Virus record (IMG/VR): IMGVR_UViG_3300024253_000006
From: a virus
Reading direction: 5' to 3' (one strand)
Length of the DNA stretch: 64,000 bases
Shown: one piece after another, positions 29,801 through 38,659 of the stretch
Position numbering within the stretch: the stretch's first letter is position 1
Layout of the letters: each line of letters starts with the position of its first letter
The notes under the pieces: generated by a model
Databases searched by the model: none
What the model was told of the DNA's origin: nothing
Seen by the model: only the letters and a program-made list of their open reading frames with translations
Program-made: the position numbers and the translations under genes

Positions 29801-30063
29801 CTTTTCAGTCATGGTGTGAAGACAGACTCGCCAGCATGGACCGGCGGAATGATTACCTCTCCATCTATGCAGATAACAAATATTACCACAATCCAATTTT
29901 TGGGGATAGAAAACCATTCCCTGAAGGCGAGGAACGTAAACGGATCGATGCAGCTTTTGACCGTCTTTTTGATGTCATAAGATCACAGGACCTGATTCAA
30001 AAAGCCATCACTTTTGAAAATAGAAGACGATTCAGAAAAATCAGATTGTGGACTATTAGCTAA
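23866..30063 (+). CDS. Large polyvalent protein: ART-PolyVal-like, LPD3-like, pyrophosphatase, DUF5661-like, DUF6582-like, RelA/SpoT-like nucleotidyltransferase and LPD1-like zincin domains
   Basis: VRTPEFKKWFGDW/VDENGEPLVVY; IENKKG..YGYI..DKDHLDVY..DEDKIMLGF; QVEKEHT..PDYYTKL; YADP..KYPLDT.EHVRAA..YF; GYRDINMNVKLPNGMISEVQL; LAFGARG..AHYEP..LAHEWWH..EMAARAF. Confidence 0.85.
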   Translation: MGKPIPGIKINSTLLESATFDIEDCNIKELIIPIEKALDTSKLVKKLVSVTHNGKTYQAMRWMRPSEAASRTSREPRDSEGYFLAPNGEPSYLNEKQWHQVRTPEFKKWFGDWEIADLKDNMRRIRGSEQVKALKKELVGRPLKNRDTGIMATISGESFRKMMSYENVKRSVSPQAHYQALGNLDKLFPLAVLSESRSGKKENDAMSINSIHHFEIPMPFDDDVYMVKIMAKEFLRKEQGTRLYLVEAVEIKEPASLTGLPVNRSAHRPAGYKNKIAHMISAVNPNSVSKIVDENGEPLVVYKGMMKNDWRTGKEIESIDSPNGQWAGFFTDRKDVAEKFQRVFSTMGEAVLHSVYLSIQNPYVYDANGALARDVMFDDKVFGKNPTNSDALAAFNKEYDGVIIKNTEDEGTIYVPKNPNQIKSINANEFDPSSPNFNKSLEGRVWMKENFAVPIEKSLTFSGWKLQGRRKVQGMNISIENKKGSVRHDVDKDGHKWASKMHADYGYIRETVGKDKDHLDVYCGPNPESTKVFIIHQNDPTTGRYDEDKIMLGFDSAEEAKALYMKQYDRPGFFGSMDETDIETFKKRAFADSAKGKKLVIKSHMNELMRHVKDVVNSTLGSYTDLGLSSSERHVFDGVVQQELAEDLEQADGKKVRNGTREELSPRRLGVKFYTEEGLHAGKPKAKEAIGGLREPSRQLEDEIERKYPKELGIGIQVEKEHTDDPETAKIIAMAHIKETPDYYTKLIAAGLVDEPEAIKMAKKIGIVKALPKAGDVENSHQSAPKGYPKEKKEYADPNNYKYPLDTAEHVRAAISYFSKPTNFSVYSPSERRAMWTRIVRAAQRHGIEVGEKDKFHKSFFAISFLAKARDFSHLVKRPVYVHRQDGTVITQMRYVRSGDDKAAPQQPKAGENTSDPHHRAEQVARLLNPDYQKRIDKKNLVQPSRDMNELYRLAEDARAGFRDYVNAAAKKLGAIEVQSRKDLKDRDRVEEKMRNDRAMDASQIYDFDGHTLIFDGLDSLAAAVEFFMADPRVMRLKNNFAMPSSVGYRDINMNVKLPNGMISEVQLTTRAMAEAKSEGHVFYEVWRELQDKPENDKITRLIERAQIALYQEAWAASKSPEAFASRRASSFEIARPFTIKSARVIGDSLSELSEKTRKHFREALSRANGTSSRSKKSISLESMLGISKPSIYKYTAVTGDMQGASQKKIFGAPREENKSEKSIHYVLPFVIRDRGLQKAKKSSRLVPVKKTVVRNGHTYSATYWILPEQVSEFQHTNLFEERKPISAQLDLFDQPLESEKKDNPNATQGPKLNKDHIWINADEKKLVIKTPLKTDSNDDLDPSSPNYKYRDTGYIAGSRKELAAERIKMSSREGKLVRFTDIDWGNLEENPRKAHEIITKSNLFGQVNWDELKAEGMEPGAGYLIDRVYASIGKEPENSPESRKDYSNGIESIRNRLETCKTVDDVIKAVDDIDGEMRGEMLNATESKEYQELSEKTHARWLAIREKKDKADAMANEVQKIERQKYPLQSEISKRKNHGWKVDPAMVQRVVEIEQEAQEKRDEYIKFRDKYPAYFKTVTRDRGNGRTGYTTDEEEALHIMNDKLQEIKKTATARNLLTNPITRAWLSLGPRFQSAINYKHYNGSDSFGNHIATARSGRIKDWSWAEREHILVKKATKQSVNFQLRVADKFERKGGRNLGVDSTETLKQAFGLRDVQSGNWVLEDVNSAKFHTESAAAAFADLADILGIADTKISLNGRLALAFGARGNGAKGWAGGAPRAHYEPIERIINITKMGGGGCLAHEWWHSFDNMIAEAAGIDTSKEKTFFSTENPERLKNQPELQKAVQVLSSAITQGAHRATTTFAYTDMDYKIAQYNIEGKSLYNSSSTAAKIKNAGSAQNAIDIVMKMYSSDPSRREKKNRDTWIRIAAAWYGGNANGGEVEVEHGPSMSSFMLEAKDIDGERKNAYWSTTHEMAARAFQSWCEDRLASMDRRNDYLSIYADNKYYHNPIFGDRKPFPEGEERKRIDAAFDRLFDVIRSQDLIQKAITFENRRRFRKIRLWTIS

Positions 30064-30084
30064 GAGGCCATATGATGGCGAGGG

Positions 30085-33000
30085 GTGATACAAATGTTTT
30101 GCAAGCTTGAAGCGTATTCGTATATTCCAGAGAGTCTAGAGACTCTTAAAAAATCTGGTATTCTCAGCATCGAACCGAGCCACTATGTCGATTTGACATT
30201 CCGAGAATATGTCGCCATGCAAAAATCAATCCACATGGCGAAACGGCTTTTGAAAGCGAAAATGGCAATACCTGCATCGGCTCGATGGATCACTGTGCAC
30301 CCCAATGGAGATGAGAGCAGTGGGCAGCCAGTACTCATTCAGGATACCGGAAACGGTACCGCACATGTGATAGCTGGCGCCAGTGGGCGGTTGAACGGCC
30401 TCAAGCTCAACAAAATTCGCAGCAAAGAAGAGTATAGACAGGCCGTCGAGAATAAGCGTGAAAAGGAAAAGCTTGAAAAATTGCAGAAACAGACGGAGGA
30501 GCAGCAGGCGATATCCCAAATGAGCCCCGATGAGCGACGCGCTTATAAAGATAGCAAAAAGGCTGCAAAAGAAATCCAAGCAGAACGCGAAATCGAAGCA
30601 AAGAAGAAAAAGGCAGCAGCTGAGTCTGAATTTATCGGCTATATGGCGGGCCAACTGGGATGGGATATGGTCGATTATGACGAAGAGACAAAGGACCAGA
30701 TCAACAAGATAAGAAAACAGATTGACGAAGCGAAAGTCAAGGGCGACAAGGATGAGGAGAAGTGGTTTCGTGGAGAGCTCGGAATTGCCATAAAAGCACG
30801 GGAGCGCGCAAAAAAATCTCAGAGGGCGAACCTCCTTGCGGCGGCCAAGGAGCAGGTGAGAAATATTCAGCGTGAATTGATTACCGACCCGAGCTTGAAT
30901 GAACAGATTCACGCGATACTTGGAGAGGACAGCGGCGCTCGGCAGCTCATCAGAAAAGAGAACCCCGATACTTCCGTCGGATTCAAGAAGGATTATGAAA
31001 ACATTGCAAAAGAAAAAGGACTGTCCCCCGAGGAGCTGGAGCGCGAAAGGAAGAAACTTTTCAGCGAGAGAATCAATGAAATTGCAGCTGAGAATCCCGG
31101 ACTCGCGCAAATGATTACCAAAGGCATTGAAACCAACAAGCGCATCAACGATGCGAAAAATCAAATCTATATCGAGGAAGAGGCACCCACGAAACCCATA
31201 CAAGAGATTGATCAAAAGGCCGGCATGCTGAAGAAGTATCTCGATATGAAGAAAGTCCTTGCCGACTTTGAAGAGAAAAAGCCAACACAGATCAATCTCG
31301 ACGGTACCGAGGATGATGCAGCCGAATCCGCAGATGATATTGTGTATGGGCGCGGGGTGTCGCTTGCCTATACTGAAATACTCGATGCGGACATACAGGA
31401 TGAAGTGGAGAAAATCACTACGGAAAGGCAGGCTGCGCTCCATTCGTCGCTCCTGCAGACCATCAATGACAACCCTGGCGGATCGGGAAAGTGGATTGCG
31501 AATGGCAACTATGCGGGGCTGAACTCCATATCATTGGCGGCAATGAGGGCGGAAGGGCTTGACCGCGACGTGGTGGATATTCTGGGTGTAGGAGCAAGCG
31601 CGAAACTATTGGCCATGACGGCACGCAAAAACATGTCGCCTGAAGCATATCAGGATTTTGTGGAGGCTATGGAGAAATACCACCAGGCAACAAATGAGAC
31701 GATTGCGCGAGACGCATTGGAGCGAGGGAAAGAATTGCTCGCACGTGCAGAATCAATCCAGGCAGAAATCGACGCGAACCCCAACGATTTGGCCGTGCTC
31801 TCTGAATTGAATGCAACCCGACTTTCATATCTCGACGAGGCGAATCGAATTGTCGGGCAAGCCCTGGGGAGTCTTGAGGCGGCAGCGGCTATGGTGGTGG
31901 AACTAAAGAACAAAAATGAACCAGGCGCCATTGATGTGTCCCTTGGTGATATATTCTCCGAAGAAGCAATCATACGGATGCACGCCTTGGGATTGTCGGA
32001 AGAAGACTACAAAATAAGCACCATCAATACAACGAAAGTGGTGACGATCATAAAGCCTGAAAAATTGCTGGCGTATGGCGACCCTGAAGATTTACGGATG
32101 GAACAGGAAGTAGAAAGCATAAAGGCGGGTCTGAAGGATGAGCCAGGATGGTTGCCTTCAGGAATAGTTCGACGGACAACAGAGAGCTTCGAGGATCCGG
32201 GACCGAATACGGAGTATGCCGCAGATAGCGTGGAGAATCAAAGCCTCGGGGATACTGCGGAAGAAATCACCCAGACAGAAGAAGCGGTACATAGAGCCCT
32301 TGGTGAACTTCCTGAAGGTTCTTTTGCTTTCAAAAATGTCGCCGACTTGAGCCCGGAAGAGCAGACCGACCTTCGACGCTACTGGGAGAATCATCTGTAC
32401 CAGGGCTCCTATGCTGAACGGTTCTCCACCCGCGACATGCAGAATGGAAAGCCAATTTCTCGACAAGCCGCATGGATGCAGTACGTCAACGGCTCTTTCG
32501 GGGGAAATAAGGTTGCGGCGTTCGAAGCGATACGCCAAGACCTGATAGAGAATCATTCCACTGAAGACATGTTTGGCATGACAGAAACTCCTCCGCTGGC
32601 AAAAGTCATTCCAGGAAAGTGGGAAACGTACCGAGTGCTCGATGGAGCCCGAGCGCTTTTCCAGGAAATTGAGGATATTCGCAACCCTGAAACCGTGATA
32701 GACCAGGAGGCGGCTGCAAAAGAGGCTGACAAGCTTGAGAAGCAGCTGCCAGAAAAGCTGACCGAGCTCTATGAATCCCAAATGCGGGATCATTATCTAT
32801 CGTTTATGTCAGGGATCAGTGAATCTCAGTTTGACTCGGGCGCAGAACGGCAAGAGCAGACACCATGGGCGGAATATGTGCGGATGCACGGCGACGTAAA
32901 GCGCGCCCAGGCATCAGTGCTCGACAGCATCCGGGGAGATTTTTCTAACCGATTCGTGAAAAACTATGGACGTGTTGCCCAAAAGAAGCTTCGCGTGAAG

Positions 33001-34986
33001 ACCGAAAAGATACGAAATTGGCAGGATCATGTGTTGGGCATGCTGGACAAGGATACCCGCGATTCCGTGATAAACAAGGTGCAAGCTGAACTCGCAAGCG
33101 CCGGCGCGAAAGTAGCAAACAGGGTCAATGGGAAATTCGCTACTGGCGCATGGAAAGAAAAAGCCTTGCAGTACCTGGAGGAAAAGAAACTCGCGGATAA
33201 GGCTCAGGGGAATCTCTTTGGTGAAACCGAGACGAAGCAGGACGACAAGACAGAAATTCCTTCGCTTGGTGAACGTGTGAATACGCAGCTGGCATCGATA
33301 ATCCCACAGATTGCGATCAATCAGCACAGAGGTCAAAAATACGTAGTATCCCGAGGCATGAATACCGCGGGTGAACGGCAACGGGCTGTGAAGATGTTCG
33401 AGACAGTGAAGCGGATGAATCTCACGTTCGGCACGGGAAAGGGGAAAACCATTCTTTCGATCGCCTCTTTCACTGACCTTAAGTCGAAGGGCAAAGTGAA
33501 AAGAGGACTCTATGCCGTGCCGTCCGTCGTGCAGGAGCAGTTCGGCAATGAGATCAATGTGTTCTGCGAACCGGGCAAGTATCATGTGGAATCAGATTCC
33601 ACATTAAATCAGGCAGAACGCATTCGAGCACTGAAAAATAACAATTATGATATGGTTGTCTACACCCATCAAGGCTTGAGAGATGATCTTGTGCACATCA
33701 TGGCTACACAAAACGGCCTCAATGACAATGTGATGAGGGACAAGTTCAATGCCATGTCACCCAGGGAGCGGCGCGACGCCCTGAAAAACGCGCTCGATAG
33801 TGAGGGAATTCATTTTGATATGCTTACGGTCGATGAAAGTCACTACACCACAAACCGGAAAGGCAAAGAGGATACAACCCTTTCGAATGTCATGGATGCG
33901 CTGAATCAGAATGTTGAGTATTTCATGAACCAATCCGCGACGCCCGTGAAAAATGACGCCTCTGAGGCGTTCGACATGTTGCGCAAGGTGGCGCCCGAAA
34001 GGTTCAACAATAGGGCGGCATACCTCAAAAAGTACGGCGTCGATTCTCAATTTTCCAGAAGATCGTTGCAGCGGCTTATCAATCGATATAACTACGCAAG
34101 CCCTACTGTGACGGGAACGCAGAAGACATACAATCGGGACAATGTATCGCTTTCGCCCGAACAACAGACCGCATACGATCGGGTGAATGCCATGTTCAAG
34201 CGGGCTTCGCTGGCACAGAGAGAGGGGCGCGTCGATGTGGAGGCCATGGAGTATCTTTCGCCGAATTCGTTTAAGAATATTCCAAGTGGTAAGCGCGAAG
34301 CGACGGCGAAACAACTCCAGGATTCGGTCGGCGTGATAAAGGAAGAGGCCCTAAACCGTGTGGTGAATCAATTCGATTGGCACCACAATGCCAAGATAGA
34401 CAAGGTTTTTGACATTGTGGCATCACAAGTTTACACTGTTGACAATCCAAAAACAGCATCGAAGGCAGGCGATAAGAAGCCTGGGGTCATTTTCGCCCAC
34501 AACCTCTCAACGATAGAGAACCTGCGCAAGGGTCTTACTGAGAAAGGGCTGCGCGTGGGGATTATTCAGGGAGCCATGAACGGTGCCGAAAAAGAAAAGG
34601 TGAAAGTGGGATTCAATCCACCCAACCCATCGGACCGTATCTATGATGTCCTCCTTTGTTCCGATGCGGGCGCCACCGGGCTGAATCTGCAGAATGCCGG
34701 ATACCTGATTAACTTCGACCTCCCGCAAACTTCTTGGGTAAAACAACAGCGAGAGGGGCGCATAGACAGACCAGGCCAGGCCCACGACGCAATCGAATAC
34801 CATGATATCGTGTCCGAAACCGATACGGAGCGCGCGCGCTGGAATCGGATACAAAGAAAGAAGGCACTGGGGAGCATCTTTGAAGAAGACCCCGGCGACC
34901 TTGATGACACCGGACTTGCCTCGATGATCGCGAATGTGAGGCAGGATAGATACAATCAAGGAATCGAAAAGGAGAGGGCGGCATGA
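30085..34986 (+). CDS. Large protein with C-terminal SNF2/SF2 helicase domain
   Basis: TFGTGKGKT, VDESH, SATPVKN, DAGATGLNLQ, QREGRIDRPGQ. Confidence 0.88.
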   Translation: MIQMFCKLEAYSYIPESLETLKKSGILSIEPSHYVDLTFREYVAMQKSIHMAKRLLKAKMAIPASARWITVHPNGDESSGQPVLIQDTGNGTAHVIAGASGRLNGLKLNKIRSKEEYRQAVENKREKEKLEKLQKQTEEQQAISQMSPDERRAYKDSKKAAKEIQAEREIEAKKKKAAAESEFIGYMAGQLGWDMVDYDEETKDQINKIRKQIDEAKVKGDKDEEKWFRGELGIAIKARERAKKSQRANLLAAAKEQVRNIQRELITDPSLNEQIHAILGEDSGARQLIRKENPDTSVGFKKDYENIAKEKGLSPEELERERKKLFSERINEIAAENPGLAQMITKGIETNKRINDAKNQIYIEEEAPTKPIQEIDQKAGMLKKYLDMKKVLADFEEKKPTQINLDGTEDDAAESADDIVYGRGVSLAYTEILDADIQDEVEKITTERQAALHSSLLQTINDNPGGSGKWIANGNYAGLNSISLAAMRAEGLDRDVVDILGVGASAKLLAMTARKNMSPEAYQDFVEAMEKYHQATNETIARDALERGKELLARAESIQAEIDANPNDLAVLSELNATRLSYLDEANRIVGQALGSLEAAAAMVVELKNKNEPGAIDVSLGDIFSEEAIIRMHALGLSEEDYKISTINTTKVVTIIKPEKLLAYGDPEDLRMEQEVESIKAGLKDEPGWLPSGIVRRTTESFEDPGPNTEYAADSVENQSLGDTAEEITQTEEAVHRALGELPEGSFAFKNVADLSPEEQTDLRRYWENHLYQGSYAERFSTRDMQNGKPISRQAAWMQYVNGSFGGNKVAAFEAIRQDLIENHSTEDMFGMTETPPLAKVIPGKWETYRVLDGARALFQEIEDIRNPETVIDQEAAAKEADKLEKQLPEKLTELYESQMRDHYLSFMSGISESQFDSGAERQEQTPWAEYVRMHGDVKRAQASVLDSIRGDFSNRFVKNYGRVAQKKLRVKTEKIRNWQDHVLGMLDKDTRDSVINKVQAELASAGAKVANRVNGKFATGAWKEKALQYLEEKKLADKAQGNLFGETETKQDDKTEIPSLGERVNTQLASIIPQIAINQHRGQKYVVSRGMNTAGERQRAVKMFETVKRMNLTFGTGKGKTILSIASFTDLKSKGKVKRGLYAVPSVVQEQFGNEINVFCEPGKYHVESDSTLNQAERIRALKNNNYDMVVYTHQGLRDDLVHIMATQNGLNDNVMRDKFNAMSPRERRDALKNALDSEGIHFDMLTVDESHYTTNRKGKEDTTLSNVMDALNQNVEYFMNQSATPVKNDASEAFDMLRKVAPERFNNRAAYLKKYGVDSQFSRRSLQRLINRYNYASPTVTGTQKTYNRDNVSLSPEQQTAYDRVNAMFKRASLAQREGRVDVEAMEYLSPNSFKNIPSGKREATAKQLQDSVGVIKEEALNRVVNQFDWHHNAKIDKVFDIVASQVYTVDNPKTASKAGDKKPGVIFAHNLSTIENLRKGLTEKGLRVGIIQGAMNGAEKEKVKVGFNPPNPSDRIYDVLLCSDAGATGLNLQNAGYLINFDLPQTSWVKQQREGRIDRPGQAHDAIEYHDIVSETDTERARWNRIQRKKALGSIFEEDPGDLDDTGLASMIANVRQDRYNQGIEKERAA

Positions 34987-35216
34987 ACGACATACAGGGA
35001 GAATTGCATGGACTTCTAGCTAAAATTTTGCACAGAAAGAACGAAACGACGCAGGCAGATAAGGAAATCGAGGCGCGCGCCAATGAGGTTTTTAACGACC
35101 AACAGATGAACATTGAAAAATTTAGATCAAAGGCAATGCATGGGGACCCCAAAGCTCAGGCCGCCTATATGAGTCTGTTGCGTGGCAGAAAGGTTCTCCC
35201 ACGCAATCCCGGGTGA
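34983..35216 (+). CDS. Hypothetical protein
   Basis: 77 aa, ATGA overlap. Confidence 0.55.
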   Translation: MNDIQGELHGLLAKILHRKNETTQADKEIEARANEVFNDQQMNIEKFRSKAMHGDPKAQAAYMSLLRGRKVLPRNPG

Positions 35217-35242
35217 AATCCCGAACGCAGAAATATAGGGTA

Positions 35243-35271
35243 TTGCATTCTGATTTTTTTTATATTACAAT
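35243..35271 (+). promoter_or_regulatory. Sigma70-type promoter upstream of the head operon
   Basis: TTGCAT-N17-TACAAT. Confidence 0.6.
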
Positions 35272-35293
35272 TTATATTGTACTGAGATAAAAG

Positions 35294-35360
35294 CGGTGCC
35301 GATTGGAGAATTGGGCCGGTTCCCTACCAGGGGAGCCGGCCTTTTTTGTTTTTCGGCCCA
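35294..35360 (+). terminator. Leader hairpin/terminator-like element, copy A
   Basis: CGGTGCCGATTGGAGAATT-GGGCCGGTTCCC..GGGAGCCGGCC followed by a T-tract. Confidence 0.7.
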
Positions 35361-36860
35361 GGAGTTTTTTTGAGCCCGAATCGCGTGTACCTTGAATTGC
35401 TTCTCTCAAAAGCGATAAAGACCGATGAGAACGGAAACTGGATTATCGAAGCTGAGGCCTCAAATGAGGACCTTGATTTTGACGGCCAGAAAGTTCTTCA
35501 GCGCGCCCTTTTGGACTCAAAAGACTATTTTCTCCAGCATGGAATCATATCCTATGATCATCGCCATTTACGTGCGGATCCCGACGATCCCAATTGGAGC
35601 CCCGAGAAGTACATCATTGGAGAGCCCATCGGCGTTACGAAGCAGGGCAAAAAGACATTCGTCAAAGCAAAATTATATAAATCGAGCCCAATTGCTCGGC
35701 AGATCGTGGCCAAGCTGAAAGACGGGTCCACCCGAATTAAAACATCAATTGGCGGCAGGAATCCTCAAATTGCATCAACATGGGACCAAAAGCTGGGCCG
35801 TCGCATTCAGAAAGTTGTGAAGGTTCTTTGGGATGAGCTCGCAATTACTTTCAAGCCAGTGAATCAGACATTGGCGCCCGTCGAGCTTTCTTCGGCTGCG
35901 TTCGTGAAGTCGCTCCAGGCTGGGTTCGCGACCGATGCATCTGCGAAAACAGGCGGCGGCGCCATGATTACCGAAGACCTTGAGGGCACAAAAAAACCAA
36001 AGATATGGGCGGTCGTCATGGGCATGATAAATGGAGACATCCCAGGCGAAGAAGAAGCGAAGCAGCTTCTTAAAGATCGTGGCTGTAGCGCCGAAGAGGC
36101 GGATGAAATACTCCGGTCGCTCATTGCTGATCGGGGAAAGATCAGGCAGGAGGTAGAAAAGATGGATTCCGAGCTGCTAAAAGCATTCGATGAGTCGATG
36201 GAAACTCTCGAAAAATCAATCAAGACCGGCAATGGCAAGAAAGATACAAAAACAGATGCTGTTGCCGAAAAAGGCTATGCCGACGAGCCCCCGGAGGAAA
36301 CTGTTTCGTCTGATTCTGATGAGGATGAATACGAAGAGGGCGAAGATGGCGATGAGGATGAAGAGATGGAAGAGGAGAACGAGGAAGAGGAGGAAGAGAA
36401 AAAGGCCGTTCCTTCTAAGCCTTCGAAAAAAAAGAAGATCATGAAATCCCTCTACGAGGAAGTGCAGGATAACAACAAGGACTTCCTCGATGTTACGCCG
36501 TTTCTGCAGAACCTGACAAAATCTCTTTCCAAGAGGCTGGATGCCATCAACGAGAGAATTTCGTCTATGGAACAGGTACAGAAGTCAATTGGCAATGGAG
36601 TGCTGAATACCGGCCATGTGCTGAAGTCAATCGCCGACACCCCCGCCCCCCGCCAGGCTGTACTGAGCAGACAGCAGAGAACGTTCCTGGACTCCAACGG
36701 CAAAGAGGCCATCATGACCCGTGGGGAGATTATCACGAAGGCACAGCTCGCTGTGCAGGATGGAAAGATGTCCATCGATGATGCTGGCGTTCTTGAGGAG
36801 CGCCTTAATAAAGGGCTACCCATCAGTGACGCGAACCTGCGCCTGCTGAAATCCATGTAA
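35346..36860 (+). CDS. Prohead protease fused to an acidic scaffold-like region
   Basis: IEAEASNEDLDFDGQKV, YDH, SIGG, ELAIT..PVN; poly-acidic tract; likely TTG start at 35370. Confidence 0.8.
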   Translation: MFFGPGVFLSPNRVYLELLLSKAIKTDENGNWIIEAEASNEDLDFDGQKVLQRALLDSKDYFLQHGIISYDHRHLRADPDDPNWSPEKYIIGEPIGVTKQGKKTFVKAKLYKSSPIARQIVAKLKDGSTRIKTSIGGRNPQIASTWDQKLGRRIQKVVKVLWDELAITFKPVNQTLAPVELSSAAFVKSLQAGFATDASAKTGGGAMITEDLEGTKKPKIWAVVMGMINGDIPGEEEAKQLLKDRGCSAEEADEILRSLIADRGKIRQEVEKMDSELLKAFDESMETLEKSIKTGNGKKDTKTDAVAEKGYADEPPEETVSSDSDEDEYEEGEDGDEDEEMEEENEEEEEEKKAVPSKPSKKKKIMKSLYEEVQDNNKDFLDVTPFLQNLTKSLSKRLDAINERISSMEQVQKSIGNGVLNTGHVLKSIADTPAPRQAVLSRQQRTFLDSNGKEAIMTRGEIITKAQLAVQDGKMSIDDAGVLEERLNKGLPISDANLRLLKSM

Positions 36861-36874
36861 GGAGGTATCGAGAG

Positions 36875-38287
36875 ATGAATCTATTCGAACAGACTGGAAT
36901 TGATGAATATGTGCCAGGTTCTGCTTCCCAGGACGCCCTTCTGAAGGCTCTTTCGGCAGGCTCCGGCACTGACTCTGCGTCAATGACCGGCGGTCGTTCA
37001 CTCATTCCGCAGGATATCGAAATGACCATGGTGAATGCCCTGGCCGTCAAACCGCAGGATTTCAAGGTGATGAATCTCCTCAAAAAGCAGAAGATTGAAT
37101 CAACGATCCATGAATACACTCGACGTAACGATGCTGGAGGATATGAGAATGTCTTCGTAGCGGAGGGTGGCGAGTCTAGTGAGTCAGACCAGGACCTGGA
37201 GAGGGTCGCAAAGCCGATGAAGTTCCTCCAGACCTATAGAGAGGTCACGCTGCAGATGCAGGTATCTCGGACCATCGAGGGCGCGGTAGCAAGTGAAAAG
37301 ACTGCCGGGACCCTCGTGATCCTCAAGGGCGCCGAATATTCCATGTTCCATGGTAACTCTGCCGTGGTTCCTGAACAGTTTGACTCCCTACAGAAGCAGA
37401 TTCTTACTAATGCCAGCCGTAGGAACCTGCTTGATCTCCGCGGAAAGAAAATGACGGATGCGGGTGGCGAGGAATCCATTTCTACCATCGCGCAGATGGT
37501 CTATGACAACGGCGGTTACCTTTCTCATTGCTATATGCCGTCCGTGATCGCCCAGGACTTCCAGGCGCTTGCCCGCGACAGGCTGAGACTAAATCCTGCA
37601 GACCGCAAGGGTGCAGCGGTGATAGAGGAGTACCCAACCCCGTTCTCCGACCCCATCAAAATCGCGGGGAAAGAGGCTGGCCCCGACAAGATGTTCCGGG
37701 TCAAGGGACCAGTCAGCCCGAATGGTGATACCTCCAAGAGGCCGTCAGCACCTACCTTTGCGCTCGCTGCCCAAAATTTGACCAGTGGTGGAGGCCCTGG
37801 TTTTGTTTCCGATAACGCAGGGACCTATTACTACACTGTATTTGCGGTGAACAAATATGGCATTTCCGCCGGAGCAACCGCAGCTTCAGTTGCAGCTGCA
37901 GCGGGAAAAGAGGTGAAGATCACCATCACTCCAGGAGAAACCAAGGGGACTGGCTATATTATTTGCCGCAGTAAAAAAGACGCCGCCGATGGAAGCGATT
38001 GTCGCGAAATGGTCCGCGTTGCCGATTCCGGCTCCGCCACCACGGTCATACTCGATCAGAACTCGGATCTGCCCGGCACTGGTGAACTCGTGTATCTGTC
38101 TCATGATATCGTTGAGCCGTCTATCCAGTGGGATCAGCTGCTTCCGCTCATGAAATTTGATCTCTTCCCCTCAAAGAGTGCGGTGACTCCATTCTTAGTC
38201 ATCCTCTTCGGCACTCCCGACGTGAAAGTGCCGTGGTTCCACGGTGTCGTAAAAAACGTCGGCTATACCGGTCTTGGCTGGTATTGA
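36875..38287 (+). CDS. Major capsid protein
   Basis: LLKALSAG..GGRSLIPQDIE, HEY, EYSMFHGN..QFDSL, DLRG; follows the protease. Confidence 0.85.
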   Translation: MNLFEQTGIDEYVPGSASQDALLKALSAGSGTDSASMTGGRSLIPQDIEMTMVNALAVKPQDFKVMNLLKKQKIESTIHEYTRRNDAGGYENVFVAEGGESSESDQDLERVAKPMKFLQTYREVTLQMQVSRTIEGAVASEKTAGTLVILKGAEYSMFHGNSAVVPEQFDSLQKQILTNASRRNLLDLRGKKMTDAGGEESISTIAQMVYDNGGYLSHCYMPSVIAQDFQALARDRLRLNPADRKGAAVIEEYPTPFSDPIKIAGKEAGPDKMFRVKGPVSPNGDTSKRPSAPTFALAAQNLTSGGGPGFVSDNAGTYYYTVFAVNKYGISAGATAASVAAAAGKEVKITITPGETKGTGYIICRSKKDAADGSDCREMVRVADSGSATTVILDQNSDLPGTGELVYLSHDIVEPSIQWDQLLPLMKFDLFPSKSAVTPFLVILFGTPDVKVPWFHGVVKNVGYTGLGWY

Positions 38288-38300
38288 TTGATTGCTACAT

Positions 38301-38323
38301 GGGCGGGATGTACTATCCCGCCC
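38301..38323 (+). terminator. Stem-loop after the major capsid gene
   Basis: GGGCGGGAT-GTACT-ATCCCGCCC, perfect 9-bp stem; weak U-tract. Confidence 0.45.
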
Positions 38324-38345
38324 AAATCTTTAAGAGGGAGATAAA

Positions 38346-38648
38346 ATGGCTGAAACAAAAGAAAGGATGAAAAAGGCTTGCCCAACATTGCATGAGCTTG
38401 CTGATCGTACTGAAGACGCAATTACTTTACTGAACGAGCTTCGGGAAGACTACAATAAGCATGTGGCGGATGTCACTGCAAAGATGAATGACGTGATAGC
38501 CAGAATTGAGGATCTTGCGACAAAGTATGCCGCGCACATTGCAGTGACAAGTCACCCCGATGCAGCCAACGTTCTCACGGCAACGGCTGTGACCGATATC
38601 CCGGAAGACAATAATCTGGTTACGTCGCCGGCTGTTAAAGAAGTGTAA
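38346..38648 (+). CDS. Head-region hypothetical protein
   Basis: 100 aa, SD GAGGGAG. Confidence 0.6.
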   Translation: MAETKERMKKACPTLHELADRTEDAITLLNELREDYNKHVADVTAKMNDVIARIEDLATKYAAHIAVTSHPDAANVLTATAVTDIPEDNNLVTSPAVKEV

Positions 38649-38659
38649 GGAGTGACGAA

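Noticed and set aside
30226-31443. 405-aa antisense ORF
   Set aside because: Shadow of the Lys/Glu-rich helicase coding strand; Leu/Phe-rich with no motif or SD.
36310-36410. GAA/GAG/GAT-rich tract as a DNA repeat element
   Set aside because: It simply encodes the acidic linker of the protease/scaffold protein.
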